A DNA stretch of 64,000 bases from Spirochaetia bacterium. Its GTDB lineage: Bacteria; Spirochaetota; Spirochaetia; SZUA-6; Fen-1364. The translations under genes and the position numbers were made by a program. Each line of letters starts with the position of its first letter. Position 1 is the stretch's first letter. Of this stretch, positions 19,403-29,143 are shown one piece after another. The stretch is from the NCBI GenBank assembly GCA_049515135.1, contig JBEKUJ010000007.1, positions 116,888-180,887 on the forward strand, given 5' to 3'. Below the pieces are notes generated by a model. It saw only the letters and a program-made list of their open reading frames with translations. It was not told the DNA's origin and did no database searches.

Positions 19403-19753
19403 TGATGTTTCCCCCTTTTCTCTTGGTCAGACTCGCCCGAAAGTGTAAAAGTCAGCCGCTTAGAATTCATTGAATGCGCCTTCGGTTTTCATGCGATGAA
19501 GTACTTTTTCGAACGCTTGGAGACGGCCGAGTTGGCAGGGATAATTGGGTCCAGACAAGCCTTCCCTCTGGCGAGAAACAGCTACAAAATCCAGGTACTA
19601 AAAGGACTCGTGGGTCTTCGAGTAACAAACCTTCTGTTCAACCTTGTGCTTCATACCTTTCATGGAACTACTCCCCTTACAGAACGCGCTTCAGGCCTGC
19701 CTCGATGCTCGGCAGCGAAGCCCTTCACGATCCGCTCAAATGGTTCTCCGCGA

Positions 19754-22447
19754 TCACAAGCACATCCGAAGTCTCTCGCAAAGAGCCAGAGCCTCGGCGT
19801 GCGGCAGGCAGTACTGCATCTCCGTAAACTGTTCGCGGAAACGCGAAACCTTATCCCGCACATCTCGACCGTTCAGGATGACTTCCTCCATAAACCCGGC
19901 TAGCTCGGTGAAATCCTTCGGCCCCATTCCAAATCGGGTCATCTCCTGGACTCCCATGCGCAGACAACTTGCAGCTGTGAAGCTTTCGTCGTCCGGAGCA
20001 GCCTGGTAGTTGACGATAATGTTGTTCGCTTCGAGGGCTTCTGCCACTAAGGGTCCCTTGCCGTATCCAACACGTATAATTACCTGATGAGTCTCAGTGT
20101 ATCCCGCTCGTGGATCTCCTTCGACGGCTAATCCAGCATTCTTCAAGGCTTTGGCGAATGCCTTTGCATTCGTGATTACCGCCTTCTGGTATTCGGACTT
20201 AAAAGCATTCATCTCGTACGCGGCCATCAGCAAGCCGACAAGAGTGCCAAGGTGGTGGTTGCTGACACTTCCCGGGAAGACCCGCCTCACAATTGCGGCC
20301 CATAGAGCTTCCAGATCACTGCCGGTAGACATGTTGCTCGCAATAAGACCTCTTTGCGGCCCGAAGAAGGTCTTGTGGGTTGAGCCTGTCACAATGTCCA
20401 CGCCTTCCATGAACGGTTGCTGGAAATCAGGCCCGAGCAGACCCAGAACATGTGCCGTGTCATACATAAGGATTGGGCGAGGGGCCATATTTGTGATCAT
20501 TTTTGAGATCTCTGAAACCGGTTCCCGGTACAGGGTCATGCTCTTGCCTAGAATAATAAGCTCCGGCTTGTGAAGCCAGATCAGCTCTTCTGTACGAGGC
20601 AAATCTATATTGTAGGGATTTTCCCGAAGCATGGGAAAAGGGATCACAGCCGGCCTATCCGTTGCAGGATCTATAGCGACGAAGGACCGAAGCGCGCCCA
20701 TCGGTTGGGCACTTAGGTGTCCACCGCGGCTAAGGTGATGATTCATCACCTTGCGGAGTCGGCGTGGCTCAGCTTTCCTGTCCATTCGGTTGAGATAGTC
20801 GACGAGGCCGCCAAAAACCGCTGTGTTGGCCATCTGGCCACTTATAGTCCTCAATTCAACCTCAGAGCAGCCGAGATAGGCAGTAAGCTCTGCCACTAAC
20901 AGTTGCTCCAACTCTTCGATCATCCGCGTTCCCTGGTAGTAAAATATCTCCTTCTCCCCCAAGGACGCCATCGCACGGTGTTCGGCGTACCGGTGAGATG
21001 CGTCCGTAATGGATAGCCACGAAACGAGAGGGGAGACGGTTTGCTCTGAAGGGATAAGGTTTATTGTTTGCCGCTGTCGCCAGATTGTGTTCTGCACAGT
21101 CTTTTCTACAAGAAGCTCCGCCGCCATAGAAAGTCCTATTGCAGGGCTTCTCGTTGATTGACATTTTGGCTTTACCAGAACCGGCCTAGCGTACGGGGGT
21201 GCCGCGCTTGAGAGATGCCGCACCACGATCACGGCCTCAAGAGTGCGCTCGCTCTGCTTTATCTCCAGAGTCTGCCCCGCCTCAAGGGCGGCGTCGAGAT
21301 ATGCCAAGGCAATCGCCCGCATCCCCTTCTCTTCGGATGGTACCGCGAACAAACCTTGGCCTGTGAAATTCCAATAGGGAACCATGGTGCCACTGGTCAC
21401 ATGGCCGACAAGACGACTCCCGACAAAAACTTCATACCCCTGACGCGCTATTCCGGGGCCGGTCATGGCGACAGGAACTATGACTTTCCTCAGAGTGTCC
21501 GTTTGTCCGGAATGACAGCCCTTGTGCTCTGCCCTCCTCTTCAGTTCTTCCTTCTGCCTTAACAGCGCGGCCCGTCCAATGAAATCGCCCTTTTCGGAGG
21601 AGAAGCTGACAGCCGTCACAGTCGAAGGGGCCGCGAGGATGGGGATGCCTTTCCCTTCTCTGTCTGTCCCAAGTTCGTGCCCAAAGAGGGGAAGGCCAGC
21701 CTCGAGGCGCAAAGTGTCCCGGGCGCCCAGCCCCACTGGAGCCACGCCTTGACTTGCGGCGAGGATCCTCTCCCAGACTAAGACCGCCCTCTGCGCCGGC
21801 AGAAACAGCTCGAAGCACAAGGGTTCCCCGGTGTAGCCCGTGCGGGAGACCGTCAAGGGAATGTTTTCTCCTTCGATGCGGCACTCCCGCAATCGGTTTC
21901 TCCAGGGATCTGGGAGAGCAATCAGCCCCTCTTCGAGAATAGACCCCAAGACACACTTGGCGGAAGGACCCTGCAGGGCGATCATCGCAAGCTCTTGACT
22001 AGCATCTTCGAGGCTGACCGCATCAAAGCGGGACTTCAGATTGTTGAGCCAAACCCAGTCCTTCTCTACGTTGGACGCGTTGACTACCAGGAGAAAGTTC
22101 GGTTCTTCCTCCGCGAGTCCATCATCCAATCGGTACAAATAGGCATCATCCACAGCGCACCCGTTCTCGTCGGGAATCACCGTATATTGAGCCATTCCAG
22201 AATCGAGGCCGGCGCAATTATTCGTCAGCGCGTATTGAAGAAATCGTACAGCATCTTTACCACGTATGGCGAAACGCCCCATGTGTGAGATATCAAAAAG
22301 TCCAGCGCTTCTGCGAGTTGCCAAGTGCTCCTGAAGAATCCCCGCTGCGTACGCTACTGGCATATCCCAGCCGCCAAACTCTACCATTTGGCCGCCATGA
22401 TTCCGGTGCCAGGAGTTGAGGACCGTCCTCTTCAAGGAATCACTCAT
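19754..22447 (-). CDS. GcvT aminomethyltransferase fused to a serine hydroxymethyltransferase-like domain
   Basis: FGGWDMP, LFDISHMG, SRTGYTGE, GLGARDTLRLEAG, then INLIPSE, GGHLS and GSTHKTFFGPQRG (PLP Lys), all in one 897-aa frame. Confidence 0.9.
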   Translation of the reverse strand: MSDSLKRTVLNSWHRNHGGQMVEFGGWDMPVAYAAGILQEHLATRRSAGLFDISHMGRFAIRGKDAVRFLQYALTNNCAGLDSGMAQYTVIPDENGCAVDDAYLYRLDDGLAEEEPNFLLVVNASNVEKDWVWLNNLKSRFDAVSLEDASQELAMIALQGPSAKCVLGSILEEGLIALPDPWRNRLRECRIEGENIPLTVSRTGYTGEPLCFELFLPAQRAVLVWERILAASQGVAPVGLGARDTLRLEAGLPLFGHELGTDREGKGIPILAAPSTVTAVSFSSEKGDFIGRAALLRQKEELKRRAEHKGCHSGQTDTLRKVIVPVAMTGPGIARQGYEVFVGSRLVGHVTSGTMVPYWNFTGQGLFAVPSEEKGMRAIALAYLDAALEAGQTLEIKQSERTLEAVIVVRHLSSAAPPYARPVLVKPKCQSTRSPAIGLSMAAELLVEKTVQNTIWRQRQTINLIPSEQTVSPLVSWLSITDASHRYAEHRAMASLGEKEIFYYQGTRMIEELEQLLVAELTAYLGCSEVELRTISGQMANTAVFGGLVDYLNRMDRKAEPRRLRKVMNHHLSRGGHLSAQPMGALRSFVAIDPATDRPAVIPFPMLRENPYNIDLPRTEELIWLHKPELIILGKSMTLYREPVSEISKMITNMAPRPILMYDTAHVLGLLGPDFQQPFMEGVDIVTGSTHKTFFGPQRGLIASNMSTGSDLEALWAAIVRRVFPGSVSNHHLGTLVGLLMAAYEMNAFKSEYQKAVITNAKAFAKALKNAGLAVEGDPRAGYTETHQVIIRVGYGKGPLVAEALEANNIIVNYQAAPDDESFTAASCLRMGVQEMTRFGMGPKDFTELAGFMEEVILNGRDVRDKVSRFREQFTEMQYCLPHAEALALCERLRMCL

Positions 22448-23123
22448 GGGTTTCGTCCTTTCAAGCGTCCACTATCCAGACATCGCCGGAAAGCTGCTGC
22501 ATTACTGTCACAAAATGCACTCCATCAGGGTAGTGCTCAATTTTCGGTTCTTCGACTTCCCCTCGTGCCACTTCGAACTGTGCCTCCGTTCGGCATCACT
22601 GAAATACTCCCCATACATTGATCCTCCAAAATGATAGCTTGGCGCGTCGAATTGTCAACAAGAAACCTTTCACAAAAGGCCTTCAGGAGTTTGAACAGAA
22701 GATGCAGACGAAGACTCAAGTCTGTTTTTCGGCCACTCGCAGTCTCGTCTGAGCGCGCAAACAGCCGTTGGGCTACCTTCGCCAGAGCCATTACTAGATA
22801 GAGAGTCCCCGAGCATGTTGCTCACGTGAAAGGATTTGTCGAGCTGGTGTGCCGTCTCCTCGATCCGGGACCACACTGGAGCTGATCGAGAGGCCACACG
22901 TCATGCCTTTCCTCGCCTTGCTGCCTCCATGACTCCTCTGCGGGTTGTTGACTGGACAATCTTCTTGTTGTTCACTATGGTACATTAGCGATACGGAACA
23001 GGCGAGATAATCTATCTTTGCAGTGAAAGGAGGTGGCGCGATGTCAAGTGCCCCGCGTAACATAGATCTGCACAGATGTTGCGCCGAGGCAATTCCTAGT
23101 TTCTAGACAAGGAGGAGAATCCT

Positions 23124-24290
23124 ATGAAAAGAGCATTCTGTGTTCTTGTCCTATGCATTGGCGCTAGCAGCATCCTTGTCGCAGGCGGCAAAGCCGAAGC
23201 CCCTACGATCAGAGTCGGCGTGGTGGCTGAGCTGACCGGCGACATTCCGGCAGTGGGCGCATCGTGCAAGAACGCGGCCGAAATGGCTGTCAAGGAAGTC
23301 AACGATGCGGGCGGTTTGGAAGTCGGCGGCAATAAGTACAATGTTGATCTGTTCATTGAAGACAACGCTGGTAAGGCCGACCAGTCCGCCTCGGCGGCGC
23401 AAAAGCTCATAACCCAAAACAACGTTGTGGCTATCATCGGCCCGAATGCCAGCCGCTACGCCATTCCAGCCTCGGAAATCTCAGAGAGCTCCAAGGTCGT
23501 CTTGATCACGCCATGGTCCACCAACCCCAAGACTACGCTGGACGCCAGGACCGGCGCGCCCAAGAAGTACGTCTTCCGCTCTTGCTTCATCGATCCCTTC
23601 CAGGGACGCGTAGTCGCCAAATTCGCCATGGACAATCTGAAGGCCAAGAAGGCTGCTGTGCTCTACGATGTGGCCTCGGAATACAACAAGGGCATCGCCG
23701 AGTTCTTCAAGCAGACCTTTGAACAAATCGGTGGACAGGTGGTGGCTTTCGAGACCTACACCACCGGCGACAAGGACTTCTCAGCGCAGCTGACCAAGAT
23801 CAAGGAGACCAACCCGGATGTAATCTTCCTGCCCAATTACTACAGTGAGGTGCCGTTGCAGATTCAGCAAGCGCATCGGCTGGGCATAACGACGCCGTTC
23901 CTGGGCAGCGACTCCTGGGGTAGCGCGGATCTGCTCAAGTTGGGTGGCCAGGATCTGGAAGGCTATTACTTCAGCACCCACTATGCCGCCGATGCGGCCA
24001 CGCCCATCGCCACCAAGTTCATTGCGGCATACAAGGCCAAATACAGCAGCACGCCAGACGATGTGGCCGCGCTCACCTACGACGCGTTCGGACTGCTATG
24101 GACAGCGCTCAAGAACGCCGGCAAAGTGGACCGGCAGGCCGTGCGCGATGCACTGGCCAAAGTTCCCCAGTACGAAGGAGTAACCGGCAATATGAAATTC
24201 CAGGAAGGTTCCGGTGATCCGATCAAGAGCGCCGTGATCCTGCAGATCAAGAACGGCCAGTTCGTCTGGTTCGCCAACGCCAACCCGTAA
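23124..24290 (+). CDS. Branched-chain amino acid-type ABC substrate-binding protein (LivK/J-like)
   Basis: Signal peptide; AELTG; VFRSCFIDPFQG; DFSAQLTKIK. Confidence 0.9.
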   Translation: MKRAFCVLVLCIGASSILVAGGKAEAPTIRVGVVAELTGDIPAVGASCKNAAEMAVKEVNDAGGLEVGGNKYNVDLFIEDNAGKADQSASAAQKLITQNNVVAIIGPNASRYAIPASEISESSKVVLITPWSTNPKTTLDARTGAPKKYVFRSCFIDPFQGRVVAKFAMDNLKAKKAAVLYDVASEYNKGIAEFFKQTFEQIGGQVVAFETYTTGDKDFSAQLTKIKETNPDVIFLPNYYSEVPLQIQQAHRLGITTPFLGSDSWGSADLLKLGGQDLEGYYFSTHYAADAATPIATKFIAAYKAKYSSTPDDVAALTYDAFGLLWTALKNAGKVDRQAVRDALAKVPQYEGVTGNMKFQEGSGDPIKSAVILQIKNGQFVWFANANP

Positions 24291-24297
24291 TCCTATT

Positions 24298-24337
24298 GCA
24301 GTGACAAGGTGGCCCTCACCTTGTCACTGCTTTTTTT
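24298..24337 (+). terminator. Intrinsic terminator-like hairpin between binding protein and permease
   Basis: GCAGTGACAAGGT / ACCTTGTCACTGC perfect 13-bp stem followed by T7. Confidence 0.8.
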
Positions 24338-24347
24338 GGCGGCAGGT

Positions 24348-25229
24348 ATGACCTACATCCTCCAGCAAACACTCAACGCCCTTCAATTGGGAAGTATCTA
24401 TGCGCTTATCGCTCTGGGCTACACTATGGTCTACGGCATCCTGACCATGATCAACTTTGCCCACGGCGATCTATTCATGATCGGCGCGTTTTTTTGCCTG
24501 GTCGCGGCCACGTTTCTCAGGCTCCCGTTTGTACCCACACTGCTTCTCTCAATGGCCGGTGTGGCAGTGTTGGGTGTAGTGATAGAGCGGCTGGCCTATA
24601 AGCCGCTTCGCCAGGCCCCCCGTGTCTCGGCCATCATTACGGCCTTGGGCGTGGGTATCTTTCTGGAAAACTTCACGCTGGCCCTCAGTCCGTATCCCCA
24701 ACACATTCCTACGCTTATCGCCAATACCACCTGGACAGTCGGCGGTGTATCCATCTCGTCGCTGCAGATCATCATCATCACGCTGTCGCTGGCGCTGATG
24801 GTGCTGCTGGATTTTATTGTGCGCCGCACAATGGTTGGCATGGCCATGCGCGCCATCTCGTGGGACAAGACGATTGTGCCGCTTATGGGCGTGCCGGTGA
24901 ACCGGATCATATCGATTACGTTTGCCCTTGGCACCGGTCTGGGCGGGGCAGCCGGCACCATGTACGCGTTGGCCTACCCAGTGATTGATCCCTATATGGG
25001 GATTTTGGTCGGATGGAAAGCCTTTATCTGTGCAGTGGTAGGCGGCATCGGCAGTATCCGGGGTGCGATGCTTGGCGGTTTTATCCTGGGTGCGGTGGAG
25101 ATTCTGGTGGTTGCCTCAAAGGTATTGCCGTCCACCTACCGTGATTTTGTCGCCTTTGGGTTGTTGCTCGTCCTGTTGATTTTTCGACCGTACGGCATTC
25201 TGGGCAAGCCTCGCCCGCAAAAGGTATAG
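24348..25229 (+). CDS. livH: Branched-chain amino acid ABC permease
   Basis: GSIYALIALGYTMVYG; INFAHG; GGIGSIRGA. Confidence 0.9.
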   Translation: MTYILQQTLNALQLGSIYALIALGYTMVYGILTMINFAHGDLFMIGAFFCLVAATFLRLPFVPTLLLSMAGVAVLGVVIERLAYKPLRQAPRVSAIITALGVGIFLENFTLALSPYPQHIPTLIANTTWTVGGVSISSLQIIIITLSLALMVLLDFIVRRTMVGMAMRAISWDKTIVPLMGVPVNRIISITFALGTGLGGAAGTMYALAYPVIDPYMGILVGWKAFICAVVGGIGSIRGAMLGGFILGAVEILVVASKVLPSTYRDFVAFGLLLVLLIFRPYGILGKPRPQKV

Positions 25230-25234
25230 GAATC

Positions 25235-26236
25235 GTGAATCAGGCAACAACCATGGGGATCTGGCGTACGTTGTGGGAATCTCTCATGGCCAAACGCTGG
25301 CTGTTACCCGTCTTGCTGGCGCTGGGTTTTTTGCTGTCCTTTGCCATCCCCTTGCTGGGTCTGCTCAATCAGTATGTCCAGCTTATCCTGATGTACGTGG
25401 GCATCAATATCATTCTGGCGTCGAGCCTCAATCTGATCAATGGTTATATGGGCGAGTTTTCGGTAGGACACGCCGGTTTCATGGCCATCGGAGCATATAT
25501 CGCCTCCATTTTCACGGTCGCAGTTTTTCCCTCCGGCGCGGGTGCCTGGCTGTTCCCTATAGCTGTGATTGCGGGGGGGGTGGGCGCTGCGTTGGTCGGG
25601 ATGGCGGTCGCCATCCCGTCGTTCAAAACCCGAGGAGATTACCTGGCGATTGTGACCCTGGCGTTCAATATGATAGTCAAGTCAGTCCTTGAAAACATCG
25701 AGGCGGTCGGAGGTCCGCGCGGTTTCTTGGGAATGGAAAAGCTCACCACGCTCCCGTGGGTATTTTTCTGGACAGTGGTCAGCCTGTGGATCATACGCAA
25801 TCTGGTTTATTCGAACTTCGGGCGTGGGGTAATCTCGATCCGTGAAGACGAAATTGCCAGCGACTTGATGAGTGTGAATACGCGCCAAGTCAAGTTGGTC
25901 GCCTTTGTCACCTCGTCGTTTTTCGCGGGGATTGCGGGCGGGCTGTTCGCACACCTGTTGCAGTTCATCAATCCGCGGATGTTCGACATCCTCAAGTCCA
26001 CAGATATATTGATCATGGTATACCTCGGCGGTATCGGCTCGATGGCCGGCTCGATCCTTGGCGCTACCATATATACGGTGCTGTTGGAGTGGCTCAGGCC
26101 ACTGGGGATATGGCGCATGGTGTTGATGCCGCTGGTGTTGGTGCTGCTGATGATATACCGCCCTCGCGGCATCATGGGGCTGCGTGAAGCTCGGTGGTTC
26201 GTGCCAGCGCGCGACCTTGTGGCCGGCAAGCGGTAG
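25235..26236 (+). CDS. livM: Branched-chain amino acid ABC permease
   Basis: SLNLINGYMGEFSVGHAGF; RGDYLAIVTL; IREDEIA. Confidence 0.9.
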   Translation: MNQATTMGIWRTLWESLMAKRWLLPVLLALGFLLSFAIPLLGLLNQYVQLILMYVGINIILASSLNLINGYMGEFSVGHAGFMAIGAYIASIFTVAVFPSGAGAWLFPIAVIAGGVGAALVGMAVAIPSFKTRGDYLAIVTLAFNMIVKSVLENIEAVGGPRGFLGMEKLTTLPWVFFWTVVSLWIIRNLVYSNFGRGVISIREDEIASDLMSVNTRQVKLVAFVTSSFFAGIAGGLFAHLLQFINPRMFDILKSTDILIMVYLGGIGSMAGSILGATIYTVLLEWLRPLGIWRMVLMPLVLVLLMIYRPRGIMGLREARWFVPARDLVAGKR

Positions 26237-26264
26237 CGGGAGCTGAAGTGCGAGGACATGACTG

Positions 26265-27035
26265 ATGCCTCTCCTGCAAGCCAAGAATGTCACACACTAC
26301 TTCGGCGGACTGTGCGCCGTATCGGACTTCAATCTCGACCTCCAGGCGCACGAGTTGGTGGGCCTTATCGGCCCCAACGGCTCGGGCAAGACCACCCTTT
26401 TCAACCTGATCACCGGCGTTTATCGCGCAAGCCAGGGCAGCATCGTGTTCAATGGCACCCAGCTTGTCGGCAAGAGCTCCAACCAGATTACACAGTTGGG
26501 TATTGCACGGACATTCCAGAATATTCGACTGTTCAATGACATGACGGTGTTGGACAACGTGCGCACCGCTCACTACGCTCAGACGAGCTACAGCCCCGTC
26601 GAGGCGCTGCTGCACGTTGGGCACTACCGCGTGGAGGAAGAGCGCGTCGCGCGAAACTCGATGGACTTGTTGCGCGTGTTGAAATTGGACAACTACTCTA
26701 ATGAGCTCTCCAAAAACCTTCCGTATGGGCTGCAACGGCGCCTTGAAATCGGACGTGCGCTTGCCACGAAACCTCAGGTGTTGCTCCTGGATGAACCTGC
26801 AGCGGGGATGAATCCCAACGAGATCAATCAACTGATGGACCTTGTTCAGTGGGTGCGCAAAGAGTTTGCCCTTACCATCATCTTGATTGAGCATCAAATG
26901 CGGCTGGTAATGGGCATTTGCGAGCGAATCAAGGTACTGGACTTTGGCGCGACGATTGCGGAGGGGTTGCCGCGCGAGATCCAAAACAATCCCCGGGTCT
27001 TGGAAGCCTATCTGGGCGAGGAGGCTCGAGCATGA
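26265..27035 (+). CDS. livG: Branched-chain amino acid ABC ATPase
   Basis: GPNGSGKTT; ARTFQNIRLF; LPYG; LLLDEPAAG. Confidence 0.9.
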   Translation: MPLLQAKNVTHYFGGLCAVSDFNLDLQAHELVGLIGPNGSGKTTLFNLITGVYRASQGSIVFNGTQLVGKSSNQITQLGIARTFQNIRLFNDMTVLDNVRTAHYAQTSYSPVEALLHVGHYRVEEERVARNSMDLLRVLKLDNYSNELSKNLPYGLQRRLEIGRALATKPQVLLLDEPAAGMNPNEINQLMDLVQWVRKEFALTIILIEHQMRLVMGICERIKVLDFGATIAEGLPREIQNNPRVLEAYLGEEARA

Positions 27036-27757
27036 ACCGGGATAGCATAGTGCTCGCGGTCCAGGACCTCACTGTGTCCTATGGCAACATCAAAGCCGTT
27101 CGGGGAATTTCCTTTGAGATACGCGAAGGAGAAATCGTTACCTTGATCGGCGCCAACGGCGCTGGTAAGTCTTCCACGCTGCGGGCCATATCCGGTGTCG
27201 TTCCCTATGCCGGTCGCATTTCTTACCAGGGACAGGAGCTGCGCAATATTCCGGCAGACAGACTCGTGGCGATGGGTATAGCCCAGGTGCCTGAGGGTCG
27301 TGGCATCTTCGGCAATTTGACGGTAATGGAAAACCTCAAGCTGGCCACCTGGCAGCGCAAAGCCAAACGCGCAACCGAGATTGCACAAGACTACCGGCGC
27401 GTCTTTGACCTTTTTCCGCGTCTGAAGGAGCGTATGAATCAACTCGGCGGTACGCTTTCAGGCGGCGAACAACAAATGCTGGCGGTGGGACGGGCGCTCA
27501 TGAGCCGTAGCAAGATTCTGTTGCTGGATGAGCCTTCAATGGGGTTGGCGCCGGTGCTGGTGCGAGACATCTTCCGCGTGTTGACCGAAATCAACCAAGC
27601 CGGTATTACAGTTCTTTTGGTCGAGCAAAACGCGAACATGGCCTTACGGGTAGCTTCGCGCGGCTACGTGCTGGAGACAGGCACGATTGCCCTGTCCGGC
27701 ACCGGGCAGGAACTGATGGGAAATCCAAAAGTCAAGGAAGCATATCTGGGCGGGTAA
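27032..27757 (+). CDS. livF: Branched-chain amino acid ABC ATPase
   Basis: GANGAGKS; VPEGRGIF; LSGGEQQML; ATGA overlap with livG. Confidence 0.9.
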   Translation: MNRDSIVLAVQDLTVSYGNIKAVRGISFEIREGEIVTLIGANGAGKSSTLRAISGVVPYAGRISYQGQELRNIPADRLVAMGIAQVPEGRGIFGNLTVMENLKLATWQRKAKRATEIAQDYRRVFDLFPRLKERMNQLGGTLSGGEQQMLAVGRALMSRSKILLLDEPSMGLAPVLVRDIFRVLTEINQAGITVLLVEQNANMALRVASRGYVLETGTIALSGTGQELMGNPKVKEAYLGG

Positions 27758-27826
27758 CGGAGAGCGCAAGCGGCGGGCCTTTTGCTTGACATCACAGAGA
27801 CGTTCATGCCAATCGGTGGAGCAGCC

Positions 27827-28984
27827 ATGTTAGCGGGAATTGTTACCTGGGCAGAAATCGACCTGGATGCCATTGCGTCCAACGTATGCGCTTTCAAAAA
27901 GCATGTAGGCGAAAAGGTTGAGATTATCGCAGTAGTCAAAGCCAATGCGTACGGCCACGGTGCAATCCCGGCGGCGAAGGCGGCCCTGGATGCCGGGGCG
28001 ACGCGTCTTGCCGTGCATCGCGCTATGGAGGGCGTGGAATTGCGCCAGGCCGGCATCGAAGCGCCTATCCTGGTCATGGGCTACACCCCGCCTGATGGTG
28101 CCAAGATGGTTGTACGCTGGCGACTTACCCCCAGCCTTATCACCCTCGAAGCCGCCCGCTCACTCTCTCTTGAGGCCGCCGCTGTGGGAGCGGCCGTACC
28201 CGTACACATCAAAGTGGACACCGGCATGAGCCGATGGGGTCTCTTGCCCGATGAGGTAGTGGAGTTTGTGCGCGGCTTGCGCGACCTGCCCTGCCTCCGC
28301 CTCGAAGGGATGTTTACCCACTTCGCCACCGCGGATTGGGTGGACACGAAGCACCTGCTCGGCCAACTGGAGGTCTTCAAGGGTGTATTGGCTGATGTAC
28401 AGCAGGCCGGTTTTGATGTGTCCATAGTCCACGCAGCAAACAGCGCTGCCACAATGCGGCTGCCCGCGGCGCACTTTGATGCAGTACGGATCGGAATTGC
28501 TATGTACGGGATGGAACCTTCCGGCGAATGGCCACCTGTGTTCCAGATTCGCCCGGCATTAACCCTCAAAAGTACTGTGAACCGTGTCCGGAAGTTGCCT
28601 CCCGGTTCGGGCATCAGCTACGGTCGCGCATTTGTCACCCAACAGTCAACCCTGGTAGCGCTTGTACCTGTGGGCTACGGAGATGGATATCATCGCATTC
28701 TTTCCAACAAAGGCTGTGTGCTCATCCATGGGCAACGCGCACCAATCCTGGGACGCGTGTCTATGGATCAGATTGTGGTGGATGTCACTCATATCCCCAA
28801 AGTGCAGCAGGACGATGAGGTGGTACTGATAGGCCGGCAGGGGCAAGGGGTTATCCGTGCTGAAGAAGTGGCGCAACTGGCTGGTACAATCAACTATGAA
28901 GTGACAACCTCCCTCCTCCCACGCGTGAGCCGAGTGTATCTGCGGAAGGGGCAGATCGTATCTGTCACTCCATTCGCCGACTGA
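27827..28984 (+). CDS. alr: Alanine racemase
   Basis: AVVKANAYGHG (PLP Lys); KVDTGMSR; GISYG; GTINYEV. Confidence 0.9.
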   Translation: MLAGIVTWAEIDLDAIASNVCAFKKHVGEKVEIIAVVKANAYGHGAIPAAKAALDAGATRLAVHRAMEGVELRQAGIEAPILVMGYTPPDGAKMVVRWRLTPSLITLEAARSLSLEAAAVGAAVPVHIKVDTGMSRWGLLPDEVVEFVRGLRDLPCLRLEGMFTHFATADWVDTKHLLGQLEVFKGVLADVQQAGFDVSIVHAANSAATMRLPAAHFDAVRIGIAMYGMEPSGEWPPVFQIRPALTLKSTVNRVRKLPPGSGISYGRAFVTQQSTLVALVPVGYGDGYHRILSNKGCVLIHGQRAPILGRVSMDQIVVDVTHIPKVQQDDEVVLIGRQGQGVIRAEEVAQLAGTINYEVTTSLLPRVSRVYLRKGQIVSVTPFAD

Positions 28985-29143
28985 AGGGTATATCCGTCGC
29001 GAATACTTTCGGGGGGTCTGCAAGCTATCCCTCGTGGCTTTTCGTCTTCGGCATCCGCCCCAGCAGCAAGAAGCATCGTTATTACCTCTGTGCCAGAGAC
29101 CTCCGCAGCCAGCGCGCCAGAGGCGAGGCGTTTCGCCGTCAGA

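Noticed and set aside
22450-23120. Glycine riboswitch or other RNA upstream of gcvT/liv
   Set aside because: No conserved aptamer motifs recognised by eye; an Rfam/Infernal scan would be needed.
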